Shown in pieces: positions 37,701 through 52,700 of a stretch of 64,000 nt of DNA (its first letter is position 1; each line of letters starts with the position of its first letter). The position numbers and the translations under genes were made by a program. Origin of the DNA: Lingula anatina (lineage: Eukaryota; Animalia; Brachiopoda); contig CM120649.1 in NCBI GenBank assembly GCA_051362555.1, positions 12,214,001-12,278,000 of the forward strand. Direction: 5' to 3'. Below the pieces are notes generated by a model, which did not search any database, was not told the DNA's origin, and worked only from the letters and a program-made list of their open reading frames with translations.

Positions 37701-40700
37701 TCAAGGTCACATTTAGATTGCCAGTATATGACTTCCTATTCAAGTTCAATAGTAACTATGGACCTATCTCAGCCAGTTTTGGAGATAAAAGGGAAGAAAA
37801 ATTTGCAAAATTCAGTTCATGGTGAAAAGTAGGTCAAAGGTCAATTTCAAGGTCACATTTAGATTGCCAGTATATGACTTCCTATTCAAGTTCAATAGTA
37901 ACTATGGACCTATCTCTGCCAGTTTTGGAGATAAAAGGGAAGCAAAATTTGCAAAGTTCAGTTTATGGTGAAAAGTAGGTCAAAGGTCAATTTTGAGGTC
38001 ACATTTAGATTGCCAGTATATGACTTCCTATTCAAGTTCAATAGTAACTACGGACCTATCTCAGCCAGTTTTGGAGATAAAAGGAAAGCAAAATTTGCAA
38101 AATTCAGTTCATGGTGTAAAGTAGGTCAAAGGTCAATTTTAAGGTCACATTTAGATTGCCAGTATATGACTTCCTATTCAAGTTCAATAGTAACTATGGA
38201 CCTATCTCTGCCAGTTTTGGAGATAAAAGGGAAGCAAATTTTGCAAAGTTCAGTTTATGGTGAAAAGTAGGTCAAAGGTCAATTTTAAGGTCACATTTAG
38301 ATTGCCAGTATATGACTTCCTATTCAAGTTCAATAGTAACTATGGACCTATCTCTGCCAGTTTTGGAGATAAAAGGGAAGAAAAATTTGCAAAGTTCAGT
38401 TCATGGTGAAAAGTAGGTCAAAGGTCACTTTCAAGGTCATAGTAAGATTGCCAGTATATGACTTCCTATTCAACTTCAATAGTAACTATGGACCTATCTC
38501 TGCCAGTTTTGGAGATAAAAGGGAAGAAAAATTTGCAAAGTTCAGTTCATGGTGAAAAGTAGGTCAAAGGTCACTTTCAAGGTCATAGTAAGATTGCCAG
38601 TATATGACTTCCTATTCAACTTCAATAGTAACTATGGACCTATCTCTGCCAGTTTTGGAGATATAAGGGACTAAATGTTATAATTTTGGAGTTACCATAA
38701 TGTGCCTTAAATTTCGTACAGAAAAAATTAATTAAAATAAAGAAAATGTCATTTTGGTCAAAATTCTTGAAATAGGAGGTGCTCTGAAGTTTCAGAAGTT
38801 CAAATTTGATGAAATAATGTCATTTTTGAACACAAGTTGTCTGCTTTGCCAAGCCTTATGTTTTATTTTTCCAGAGTTCAAAATTTATTATCCATTACCG
38901 TACTGCACATTTTGCTTTTACCACCAATATGTACTTTTTGATACAGCGTAACTCGAAAACCGTATGGAATACAAAAAAACCGAGACCACCTCCAGTGTTG
39001 GGCTTTACATGCTCTACAAAATGCAAAAAAGAATGGGTCTCTAGCATTAACGGTTCCCGAATTAGAGACAGTTTTCAGTTTCGGTATCTTATGGCCGCTA
39101 CTCCCGTGAAAATGCACCGATTGACCCCAAATTCATGGAGATGAAAGATGACCTGAAGGGTAACACCTTCCAATAATATTATTGGTTAAGTCTGTGTGGT
39201 GTCTGAATAACAGGGCAAAAAAAAAATTTTTCGTAAAAAATTTAATTTTTTTGAAAATTTTGGCCCATTTGACCTTGAAGTAAAGGTCAATGGTCAAATC
39301 CAAGGGTATATTTGAAATCTACACATATGACTTTTGGAAAGCCGTCTATAGAAATTTTTCCCATAACTCCTTCCGTAGGGTAGATAATTAGCATTTAATT
39401 TTGCCATTTTTAGACAAGGGTGCATTGCAATGAGTGCCACACCCAGACCCCAATACCGACAAAGCCCAAATTTTACGTGGAACGAGTTGAGATTATAGGT
39501 GACCTAAATCCATGAGATGGGTACGGGGGCCCTTACCGTCTAGGAGGAGAAGCGGTAACGGTAGCCATCCGGCGGAGCCAACGGAGCCGGCGGAGCCGGC
39601 GGAGCCGGCGGAGCCGGCGGAACGATCCGGACGGGACCGAAACCATGTGTACCGCCAGCGCTAACGCTGGTGGTACAATTATTAAAATGTTAGAGCCTGA
39701 AATCCTAGATGGCTACCACTATATGTTAGTTTCTTGGCTTGTTTAGAAAACTCACATTTTCTCATGAGGGGATGCGTCAGCGTTCTTCCTTTGAAGAAGC
39801 ATAAGCTGCTCACAAGAAGCCACTGCTAGAAATGTCACAAGACTGAAGGTGGGTACGGCTAACACGGTTCTGAAATAAGGAAAGCACTTTTTTTTTAAAT
39901 CTTTATAAGAATATCAGAGCATTTTATCTGATGAAGTAACATTTACTATCTTGATAAAGTAACAATCACTATCTTCGAAATTACACATTTATAATTGCAT
40001 TAAAACTGCATTTACTGTCCTTCTGAAATTGTACGCATAACGTCGATACCATTTATAAAAGGCAGTGTTGTCAATGAGACTAAATTTGTTTAGTTCAATA
40101 ACAGATTTCATTCACATTTGAACTTACTTCACACTTTCAAAGCTGACTTGCTCCAGCACAGCAAGTTTCACAAACCTCTTGATCACCCACAAGAAGTAAG
40201 ACTCATCTCCATTCTGCTTCTGGGCAGAAAACAGCTCAAACTGGAAAGAAAGTTGAACCTTTGAATTAAACATCATTACAAACTAAGTTTTTATTTCGAT
40301 TTCATTTCAATGTGGCTATGATGGTGTTGTACTCAATGAGTTACAGGGGAACAACTCCTTGAAACTTAAAAAGGAAAAAGATTGAAAAAAAAAATAGATT
40401 TTTCCACATAGGATGCATGCCTAATGGATTTCCACTTAAAAGTCTCTGCACCTGATGAATACTGATAAATGATCCAAATTATGACAGGTGCCACACTGTG
40501 CCTTATTGCCAATGGCAACGGAATATTGTTGAAGAGATAGGCAACTTACTTCTAGCAGTCTAGGTAACTTAGACCATTTATTTCAAAATGAAATAAAATC
40601 AGGTGATTTTAAAAGCAGTCTTCTTTATTCCCCTGACATGATTCATAATACAGTGTTCAGTTATCAATTAGTGAATGCCACTTGTGATGGCTGAAGCTAC

Positions 40701-43700
40701 AGCAAAGCCATGGACAGAAACATGTACTTGTCCTGGCCTAAGTTTATATCTTTGCAGACTGAGAGTTAAAACAAAACAAAAAACTGAAAACACCCCTTTT
40801 TCAGTCCTTTCATTCTCTTGTTGGAAACTTAACGAAAACTAAAAGTCTCCTGTGCAATATGGCAAGAAAACAGTCAATCACTTCAAAACAAACTAGATAT
40901 GTTTTCTACCTATATTTGAGGCATGACACTTTGACCTTTGATTAAATAATAGTAATTAACACATTAGAGAGGCCATATGGACAGATATATAAATGTCAAA
41001 CCTGAATCAGTAACATGAAAAAACCATATAAAGGAGATGAACCAATTTAATGACAATAACAACAACTAAAAAGGTCAATTCTGGTAAAATTTTAGATAAT
41101 GCTTTACTGCACAGTTATCACCTAATTTGAATTATGTACTGCACTGAAAATCATTGTGGATATTCAGATATGTATAGCCAGCACTGGGCTTTATGCCCAT
41201 GTGGAAATTTAAAATATCACCAAAAAATAATTTGTTAAAATATCGAATCTTCTCAAAAATTGTTCCTATCTTAAAGAAAAACTAATCCTATCAGGCTATT
41301 TTTTGAAACTTGAGCTAGTCATAGTCACAGGATATCTTAATCATAACAATTGCTTGTGTGAGTTGAAGAATGCTATTTTTTTAATTGTGTAAATAAGAAG
41401 AAATAGAATGGTGAGAAAAATGCAAACCACTTGTGTGCAAACGTCAATCTAAAGGCTTATGAAATTCACCTTTAGAGAAACGGTATGCAAGACAACTAAG
41501 TGCCCAAATTAATCAGATTTTGAAAAAAAAAAAAAAATTGACTTTCTTTTACAATGATTAAATAATATATTCAATAAAATAAGATCACAAGAGCCGAAAA
41601 AGTAAATGTATTTATGTATCAATCCATCCTATCTGGCATATGCTTAAGATAATGGATAACTGGTGGCGCTGTCATTGTGCTAGGGTACCATGGGTATCTA
41701 CTGAAGTACCTAGAAGCCGTTTTTTTTTTTTTTTAAGTAATCTTTTAACCCGATTTTGGCTGGTAATGTTTATAGTCTTTGGATAACATTTTAACCATAT
41801 AACTATATTTATATAACAAACTTACACACTGCAAAAAATATACAAAAATTTAATAAATTGCATGATAAACTTAACAAAAGATTTCTCACAATCCCGCCAA
41901 CATGCAGGGTACAACTGACAAATGAATTAAGGATCCATCGTGCCCTCATCTCTGCCACTTACCATTCTCTTGTGACACTGGCAACTTCTCTGGTGAACAA
42001 CGACACAGGAAGCTGCTTCAAAAACCTTCCTCCACTCTGTAGAAAACTCAAATCTGTTCAAATTCATTCCTGCTACAGACTCAAGTGACCACCAGTCTAC
42101 TAAAGTAATTTTGTATGTCAGTCTAAGGATGCTCAAATCAGTTCCACTACTCTTGTCAGAATGACTTGAAATACCAGCTGCATTGGTTTAACTACCCGGT
42201 CTATATACCAGATGAACTATTTCCTGCTGCCTGTTACATTTGGCAAATCCAAAATGTAAGGGATCATAACATCCTATTTACACTATTCTGTATATTAGCA
42301 CATGCACAGAGATCGTGCCTGACAACACACACCTACAGAAAAAAGTGTCAAGCTTCTACTTATGTCTCTCTTTTCAGAGAAAAAAAAAGAATGAAAAAAA
42401 TCAAATCTCCAACATTTACTTGACTAACCGTTACCTGACTTCTAAGCCCTGTGCTAGGATACTCTGCTGCAAAAAAACTCGGCAATAAGGATTCGCACAA
42501 TCTCCGTGAGCATACACTTCTATGTGCTTACTTACGTATCATGTACTTCCCCATTGTTCTTGGACAGGTTTCAAAACAATTAACCAAAGATGACATAAAA
42601 GAGCCTGACTTTTCAACAGTGAGGCCAATCATTGATCAAACAGAATGCATATCTACTATTTTATAAATAATTTTTTGTTTTTAAAATCCTTGTCTCTTTA
42701 TAAAAAAAAGACATGTAATGGTGCTCAGACATTGCTTTACTTATATAATTATTATTATCATTAATAACCTTAAATTTTAATCACTATAACTATTTGAAAA
42801 TTTAAAATAATGAAACTTTAATCACATACACCTGTAAATTGCCAATTGAAAAAATCAAATATAATGAAATTACACACAACAACACAATGGTTTATCATTC
42901 ATGTTGGATTGAGAAAAAACTATTAAGATCACTCACATTTTCTTATAAAATCCACTATTTTCTTTTTTAAAAAATAAAAAGTTTCATCATTTTTATCACC
43001 AAGTCTGTTCTTAATGGCAGATGAGCAGAAACCAAAAAGATAACTGCTTTGTTATACATGCTTTGTTATAGATGTAAGTTATGTCAACTCCAAGTGCCTG
43101 CTCTGCACTGGGGGAGACAGAGATCATCGCCACTGTGTCTGCACTGTCGACATGAGCTCACCCCTCAACTGCATCGTATTGAATCCTGCACTAATTCCTC
43201 ATTGTGTATTCATAGTTAATCAACATGTTATTATATAATTTGCGTCTGTCCTGCATACATAAATATTATTTTCGGTAGAGGCCCATAGGTAGGCCTAGTC
43301 CTTAGGCAGATGCATATCACCTGTTAATATTGCACAACAATAAGTATATAAATAAGTAGCAGCCACATGTACACATAGATTCCCTGTAGATAATCTGTAT
43401 ATAACTTGAAGCTTGTCCATAATAAAGACACTTTTGATCTTAGACTGAAGATGTGAGGTTGTTCGGTTATGCTTCTCTGTGCACGTAAAGTGAAAGAGTG
43501 ATTCGAATCTGGAGTCATGTCGGAGCCCATAGATTAGTTAATTCGTTAATGGAAATTGATATACTGAAATTCAGTACAGTTATTAATTAAAGTTAAAGTC
43601 ATTTTAGACGGTTCATAACAATGGCTTCTAAGCTGGCCTGAACCAGTTCAGCAGTGGTAAGCCAAAAGTGTAGTAATGTGTAGTAATGGGGAATACATAG

Positions 43701-46700
43701 CGGTGTCATTTTTTACCACAGGATTAAGTTGCTTGGGAGAATCTGATTCAGAGTCCAAGCGTAGATATTCTATTTTAGTTCAAAACAATGAAGTAAGTTG
43801 CAGTATACTATAAATTTGCTTTTGAAGGTAAATTTAAAAATTAATAAAAAAGTTGTGCTTAATCCAAGAATTTCACAAGGAGGCTAGAAAATGCTTGTAA
43901 GGGCAAGACTAGTATCAATGCATATTCTACTTTTTCGCGCTGGAGCAATCCGTGCAGTGGCAAAAAGCATTGGCAACTGGGCCAGGACTTAGTATTTTAG
44001 ATGCTCTGCTATTTGATAGTACGGACATTGTGACTGACATGCTGATGTTTCACGTCGGGCATTTTCAATTTATGATGGACATGTCCGGCTGTCGGACGGT
44101 TTTTCAGGAACACTGGTATAGCAAGTATTAGATTTTCTGATATATAACTTTAATATTACTGTTGAGTAGGTAATCAGCTGTTACATTTGTGGGGACTTTA
44201 GTGAGAAATACACTCATTTTCTATAAAAATGCCATCAGTCAATATAAAGTAAACACTATTGTGGTGCTAATCCCTTATGGGATGCTATTTTGCAAAGTGT
44301 TTTCAAAATAAATTTATTAATGTGTTGATATTTATCCTGAGTCCATCTGATTCAACAGTTGTTTTCAAAGTTTCAAAGTTGTGATTGTTCACTGGATAGT
44401 TAATTATAAACAGGTTCATTTCAAATGCCACAATTAAATAAAAAAAATTAACAATATGGTGGTGTAAATTGCTTATGGGATGCTATTTTGCAAATTGGTT
44501 TTAAATGGAATTTTTTCCAATTGATTAAACAGTTCTGATTGTTTGCTGGATATTTAGTTAGGTATAGGTTCGTTTTCAAACGTCATTCAGTAAATAGACA
44601 GTAGCCCATCTCTAACTTTGACACAAGATTGCTGCTGTTAGACATAATCCCCTTTAAGACCCGAACAAATAAGTAGGGAGTCACCATCAGCACCTTTCCA
44701 ACAGCCTTTCAGATCCTATGGCACTTATTGCATCATCCAGACCAATCAATACGCGGTGCAATTAGCTTGTGACCTCAGTATTCATCACGTCACCAATCAC
44801 AGCTTATACACATACATATGGGAGCCAACCACCAGCAAGAAAAGCATGAAAACTAATAATTAAAAGTCAGACAGGAATTCAATATCCAAGTGTTTACTCA
44901 AGCTGTTCGGTAAGTCGTTATCTTTACTTTTACTCACCTTAAAAAAATTATTTTTATTTTTACCTATGCATAAGTACTTAATGTAATTTTCCTTTCCTCC
45001 CTTCCCCCCCCCCCTCCCCAATGTTTTTTCTGGTGACAGTGCCCAAAATATAGTACTTTAGACTAGGTAACTCTCATGATACTGCATTATGCCAGGTGAG
45101 TTCTAGGTCCAACAAGTTGCCAATAAGTAGTAAATGAACATTTCACCATAACTGTTCTTCCAGTTGAAGCTGCAATTTAGTCCTATGAATCATTTCTGTA
45201 AGTTTGCAAATAATAACCGAGATGATTTTCCTTCAATGGTCACCATGGTGGCAGTGCCCAAAATAGGGTCTTTGTCAATTTTGATGCAACATTACATGAA
45301 GCTTAACAGCATAACCACTACCATTTTTATAATGATATATGATATGATATGAATATCATGGATTTCAGGAATGTGAATAGCAAAGGCATTCAGACACTCT
45401 GAAATCGCCATGATGAGAAAAATCAGCATTTCACACACACATATAACTTCAAGAAAAATAATCTGATCTGGTTTTCAAAATCTACCTGTATTTTAGTAAT
45501 ATTTATCACTCCTGTAGATTCGAAGACAATAGGTCAGTCACTTTTCTACTAAATGTACTATCTGTATAACAAATCCATTTAAAACAGCAAAAAAAGCATA
45601 ACTTCTACAAATGGTCTGATCAGCGGATTTTCACACTCGCCCTGTATTTTATGAATAGTCATCAGCTCTATAAGTAAAAAGACAATGGGTTTAATAAATT
45701 TCCTTTTATCAATCACAGCTCTAAAACTGCATGGCGGCATTGACAACGGCAATGCCAGATGGAGGCTATGATTCATGTAAAGACATAATAAGTCTGTACA
45801 TAATAGAAGAATTACCTAAATCGGGTAAACACAACGGTTTTAGATGGAAATTATCCACAAACCTTTATATGATAAAATTGCAAAAAAATGGGTATTACCT
45901 GCAACTTTTGGATCAGAGTTCCCATTCCTTTAGCAACAAATTCCATAGTAAATGCTTGTAACTTCTCTCTGAAAATAAAAACCACAGGATGTTTCAACTT
46001 TTTCATCATCATCATTGTCATCATGATGTACTATCAACACTTAAGTCATCTTTTTTATGTAATGGCACTTGAAAAATGTAATTATCCCCAGAAGACTGCA
46101 CTTACATTAGAGTGAAGATACACCATAAAACTATACCAGCAATAGTCCTCTATATATCCCTCTAAATTTGAGAATAAAATCAAATTCCTTTCATGGATTT
46201 AACTATGGCAGTGGATGAAAAGTTTAAGTGAATTTTGATGCAATATTACATAATGCTTAAAAGGCATGATCACCATGAAACTCAATTTTTCTTTATTTAA
46301 ATTTCTGTAGAAATTTTTTAGTCATCAGATTTTCTGAATGAAGTGGTTTCAATAAAAAACTAGAGGATCAGAGAGGCGATACCGCCTCCGAATATTGTAC
46401 CACCAGCTGGAGCAAGCGCATTCGTATAGACCCCCACATACACAAAATAAGGGACACAGCCACCAGTCTTGTGCTTGACAAGCTGTAAAAATGCAATCAA
46501 CAAGAATTTTCAAAATATGCAAAAAATATATATAACTTAAAATGGTACAATCAAAGTTAAGTTCATCATAAGGTAGGTCAAATGTCAATTTCAAGGTCAC
46601 AGTAAATTGCCAGTATATGACTTCCTATTCAACTTTAATGGTAACTATAGACCTATCTCTGCCAGGTTTGGAGTTAAAAGAGAAAGAAATTTGCAAAGTT

Positions 46701-49700
46701 CAGTTCATAGTGAAAAGTAGGTCAAAGGTCAATTTCAAAGTCACATTTAGATTGCCAGTATATGACTTTCCAAGCAAGTTCAATAGAAACTATGGACATA
46801 TCTCTGCCAGTTTTGGAGATAAAAGGGAACCAAAATTTGCAAAGTTCAATTCATGATAAAAAGTAGGTCAAAGGTAAATTTCAAGGTCACACTCAGATTG
46901 CCAGTATATGACTTTCCGTGCAAGTTCAATAGAAACTATGGACCTATCTCTGACTTCCTATTCAAGTTCAATAGTAACTATGGACCTATCTCTGCCAGTT
47001 TTGTAGATAAAAGGGAAGAAAAATATGCAAAGTTCAGTTCATGGTGAAAAGTAGGTCAAAGGTCAATTTCAAGGTCACAGTAAAATTGCCAGTATATGAC
47101 TTCCTATTCAACTTCAATAGTAACTATGGATCTATCTCTGCCAGTTTTGGAGATATAAGGGACTAAATGTTTTAATTTTGGAGTTACCTTAATGTGCCAT
47201 AAATTTCCTACAGAAAAAATTAATTAAAATAAAGAAAACGTCATTTTGGTCAAAATTCTTGAAATAAGAGGTGCACTGAAGTTCCAGATGTTCAAATTTG
47301 ATGAAATAATGTCATTTTTGACCACAAGTTGTCTGCTTTGCCAAGCCTTATGTTTTATTTTTCCGGAGTTCAAAATTTATTATCCATTACAGTACTGCAC
47401 ATTTTGCTTTCACCACCAATATGTGCCAGTATATGACTTCCTATTCAAGTTCAATAAAAACTATGGACCTATCTCTGCCAGTTTTGGAGATAAAAGGGAA
47501 GCAAAATTTGCAAAGTTCAGTTCATGGTGAAAAGTAGGTCAAAGGTCAATTTCAAGGTCACAGTAAGATTGTCAGTATACGACTTCCTATTCAAGTTCAA
47601 TAGTAATTATGGACCTATCTCTGCCAGTTTTGGAGATAAAAGGGAACCAAAATTTGCAAAGTTCAATTCATGATGAAAAGTAGGTCAAAGGTCAATTTCA
47701 AGGTCACATTTAGATTGCCAGTATATGACTTCCTATTCAACTTCAATAGTAACTATGGACCTATCTCTGCCAGTTTTGGAGATAAAAGGGAAGCAAAATT
47801 TGCAAAGTTTAATTCATGGTGAAAAGTAGGTCAAAGGTCAATTTCAAGGTCACATTTAGATTGCCAGTATATGACTTCCTATTCAAGTTCAATAGTAATT
47901 ATGGACCTATCTCTGCCAGGTTTGGAGTTAAAAGAGAAAGAAATTAGCAGAGTTCAGTTCATGGTGAAAAGTAGGTCAAAGGTCAATTTCAAGGTCACAT
48001 TTAGATTGCCAGTATATGACTTCCTATTCAAGTTCAATAGTAACTATGGACCTATCTCTGCCAGTTTTGGAGATAAAAGGGAGAAGCAAAATTTGCAAAG
48101 TTCAGTTCATGGTGAAAAGTAGGTCAAAGGTCAATTTCAAGGTCACATTTAGATTGCCAGTATATGACTTCATATTCAAGTTCAATAGAAACTATGGACC
48201 TATCTCTGCCAGTTTTGGAGATAAAAGGGAACCAAAATTTGCAAAGTTCAATTCATGGTGAAAAGTAGGTCAAAGGTCAATTTCAAGGTCACATTTAGAT
48301 TGCCAGTATATGACTTCCTATTTAAGTTCAATAGTAACTATGGACCTATCTCTGCCAGTTTTGGAGATATAAGGGACTAAATGTTATAATTTTGGAGTTA
48401 CCATAATGTGCCATAAATTTCCTACAGAAAAAATTAATTAAAATAAAGAAAAGGTCATTTTAGTCGAAATTCTTGAAATGGGAGGTGCTCTGAAGTTCCA
48501 GAAGTTCAAATTTGATGAAATAATGTCATTTTTGACCACAAGTTGTCTGCTTTGCCAAGCCTTATGTTTTATTTTTTCAGAGTTCAAAATTTATTATCCA
48601 GTACTGCACATTTTGCTTTCACCACTAATATGTACTTTTTGTTACAGCGTAGCTCGAAAACCGTATGAAATACAAAAAAACGGAGACCACCTCCAGTGTT
48701 GGGCTTTACATGCTCTACAAAATGCAAAAAAGAATGGGTCTCTAGCATTAACGGTTCCCAAATTAGAGACAGTTTTCAGTTTCGGTATCTTATGGCCGCT
48801 ACTCCCGTTAAAATGCACTGATTGACCCCAAATTCACGGAGATGAAAGATGACCTGAAGGGTATCATTTTCCAATAATATTATTGGTTAAGTCTGTGTGG
48901 TGTCTGAATAACAGCGCAAATAATTTTTTTTTCGTAAAAAAATTCATTTTTTTGAAAAATTTGGCCTGTTTGACCTTGAAATAAAGGTCAAAGGTCAAAT
49001 CCAAGGGCATATTTGAAATCTACACATATGACTTTTGGAAAGCCGTCTGTAGAAAATTTTCCCATAATTCCTTCCGTAGGGTAGATAAATAGCATTTAAT
49101 TTTGCCATTTTTGGACAAGGGTGCATTGCAATGAATGCCACACCTAGACCCCAATACCGACAAAGCCCAAATTTTACGTGGAACGAGTTGAGATTATAGG
49201 TGACCTAAATCCAAGAGATGGGTATGGGGGCCCTTACCGTCTAGGAGGAGAAGCGGTAACGGTAACATGGCGGCGGAGCCGCAGGAGCCGGCGGAGCCGG
49301 CGGAACGGACCGGACGGGACTAAAACCATGTGTACCGCCAGCGCTAACGCTGGTGGTACAATTAATTTGAATGGACATTCAGATGTTACAAGCATAGGAC
49401 TTCAAACCCATGGAAATTTGAATGTGTGAAAAATGAAAAATTCACAATAATATTCATAACTAACTCCCAAGAAAAATAATACAATCAGGCTGGTTTTGAG
49501 ATTAGAGCTATATCTATTTTTTAATAAATCATTCCTGTTGGTTTGTGAATAATATGGCTTTTCATTAATGGGGTTTATGGTGACACAATGTTTAAGTGAA
49601 TGACAGACAGCGGTGCTGGCTATATGTCCATACAGCCACATAGTGTCTGTGCACAGAAAGATCCTTTGAAAATACTGAAACATTAATATTGGTACTTCAA

Positions 49701-52700
49701 TATTTCAGTGTCTCATACAAAACCCTTTTCAGACAGGACACTGATTTAAGCAATGGTATGAAGAAACCTTCATAGTAACGTAATCATAATATAAGCAGAA
49801 TGAAAAGAATCCCATACTTCAATATTAACAATAAGGGGGTGGGGGCTGTAGACCATGTACCTCCTCCCTCCACCTCAGTATCACCCCCTCCATAAATAAA
49901 AAGGATAAAACAAATTAAGACAAACCAGGCATAATTTTTTCATTTGGATAAAAAAAAAAACTAAATGGTGAGTCCCCCTTTAGCAAAACCCTGTATCCAC
50001 CAGGCCCCAACAAAACTTGGGAAATTATTCTGACAGAGAAAAAGGACACTTTTCATCCTGCCTCAGTGATTCTAATTTTCTTCAAATATTCACCCTTTAG
50101 ATGCCAAAAGTTAGTAAATTAGATACGACATGTCCGAAAATGCTGAATAATCCACTTATCAATTAAGGTTTGACACCATATGAACTTATGTAACTATGGG
50201 CTCATTCCCAAAGAAACTATTCTTCGACATAGATAAATCCAACTCTGCGCAGACTGTCTCAGAATGCCATCAGATTAGCATATCTCCTTCTGAACTTTGA
50301 GCAGGATACAGAAAAACAGGTGATTATAGGATCAAGTTGGAAACAAGAAGATGCATTTGTGTCTTAATCTGATTGCATTCAGCAAAAGTCTCCGCAGAGT
50401 TGGATTGAACTACATAGAGCGATAGTTGGGAACGAGCCCTATGCTAGCACATTAGCACCTGTAAAATGCCAGCTTTATTATATTTAGTTCTCGCAGACTT
50501 ATGTTAGTTCATAAATTTAGGTGAAATATTTTGCCTTTACGTAATTGGGGAAAAAAACAGGATAGAAAACAAGTAACGTGATAGGGACAGAAATTACTCC
50601 GAATTTTTTGTTATGGTTATTATGTTTTAAATACTTTTTATTGCAATTTTGATAGTTTTATTATGTAGTCTTATTCTGTTCTTTGTTCCTATTAAATATT
50701 TATTTTTAACTAACCACATGAGGGCCATGGGAAAGATATGTTTAAAATTCTGGGCTTCTATTCAAACTAAATAAATAAATAAATAAATAAATAAGACCGT
50801 AATTACTTTGCTGGCGTTAATTAAAAGATACCTGAAGAGGGACACTTACTTCAGACAAGAGGTTTTGTAAAATCAATGCCCCTCTAAGTAGATTATTGTA
50901 CTAGATAAAACAACTAGATTGTGCTACACATGACTAGCCCATCACACAGTTGTTATGACCCACATTGTGGTAGATGAGACAGCTGGATTGTGTGGTCAAT
51001 TGTGACAAGCCCACTGTGCTAGATGAGACTGCCAGATTTACAGCTAAAGTTACTGATCCATTGTGATAACCGAGATTGCTAGATTGTGTGGCTAGTTGCG
51101 ACTGGTTCATTGTGCTAGATGAGACTGCCAGATTGTGTTGCTAGTTGATGACTGGTTTATTGTGCTAAATGACACTGCCAGATTGTGTTGCTAGTTGCAA
51201 CTGGTTTATTGTGCTAGATGAGACTGCCAGATTGTGCTGCTAGTTGTGACTGGTTCACTGTGCTAGATGAGACTGCCAGATTGTGTGATAGGTTGTGACT
51301 GTTTCATTGTGCTAGATGAGACTGCCAGATTCAAGACCAATTGTGAATGATCCATTGTGCTTGATGAGACCAGTGGATTGTGTTGCTAGTTGAGACTGGT
51401 TCATTGTGCTTGAAAAAACTGCTGGATTATGGCTAGTTGTGACCAGTTCATTGTGCTAGACTAGAGGATCAGAGAGGCGATACCGCCTCCGAATATTGTA
51501 CCACCAGCTGGAGTAAGCGCATTCGTATAGACCCCCACACACAAAAAAAAAGGGACACCACCACCAGTCTTGTGCTTGACAAGCTGTAAAAAATGCAATC
51601 AACAACAATTCTCAAAATATGCAAAAAAATATATATAACTAAAAATGGTACAATCAAAGTTCAGTTCATCATAAGGTAGGTCAAAGGTCAATTTCAAGGT
51701 CACAGTAAATTTCCAGTATATGACTTCCTATTCAATTTCAATAGTAACTATGGACCTATCTCTGCCAGTTTTGGAGATAAAAGGGAACAAAAATTTGCAA
51801 AGTTCAATTCATGATGAAAAGTAAGTCAAAGGTCAATTTCAAGGTCACATTTAGATTCCCAGTATATGACTTCCTATTCAAGTTCAATACTAACTATGGA
51901 CCTATCTCTGCTAGTTTTGGAGATAAAAGGGAACTAAAATTTGCAAAGTTAAGTTCGTGGTGAAAAGTAGGTCAAAGGTCAATTTTAAGGTCACAGTAAA
52001 TTGCCTCTAATGACTTTCTATTCAAATTCAATAGTAACTATGGGCGTATCTCTGCCAGTTTTGAAAATAAAAGCATTAAAAAGTAGCAAAGTTCAGTTTA
52101 TGGTGTAAAGTAGGTCAAAGGTCAATTTCAAGGTCAGAGTAAGATTACAAGTATATGACTTCTTATTCAACTTCAATAGTAACTATGGACCTATCTCTAC
52201 CAGGTTTGGAGTTAAAACGGAAAGAAATTAGCAAAGTTCAGTTCATGGTAATAAGTAGGTCAAAGGTCAATTTTAAGGTCACAGTAAATTGTCTCTAATG
52301 ACTTCATATTCAAATTCAATAATAACTATGTACATATCATTGCCAGTTTTGGAGATAAAAGGGAACCAAAATTTGCAAAGTTCAATTCATGATAAAATGT
52401 AGGTCAAAGGTCAATTTTAAGGTCACATTTAGATTGCCAGTATATGACTTCCTATTTAAGTTCAATAGTAACTATGGACCTATCTCTGCCAGTTTTGGAG
52501 ATAAAAGGGAACCAAAATTTGCAAAGTTCAGTTCATGGTGAAAAGTAGGTCAAAGGTCAATCTTAAGGTCACAGGAAATTGCCTCTAATGACTTTCTATT
52601 CAAATCCAATTGTAACTATGGGCGTATCTTTGCCAGTTTTGAAAATGTAAGCATTAAAAAAGGTGCAAAGTTTAGTTTATGGTGTAAAGTAGGTCAAAGG

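Noticed and set aside
36772-39144. Recurring ORFs (MVKSRSKVNFKVTFRLPVYDF..., MTLKLTLDLPYEEL..., MVKILEIGGALK...)
   Set aside because: These are translations of HINE repeats. The 146-bp unit is not a multiple of 3 and the frames break between copies.
43900-44115. hAT-like end (CGGAC repeats, CAGGAACACTG)
   Set aside because: No matching partner TIR with a TSD could be confirmed.
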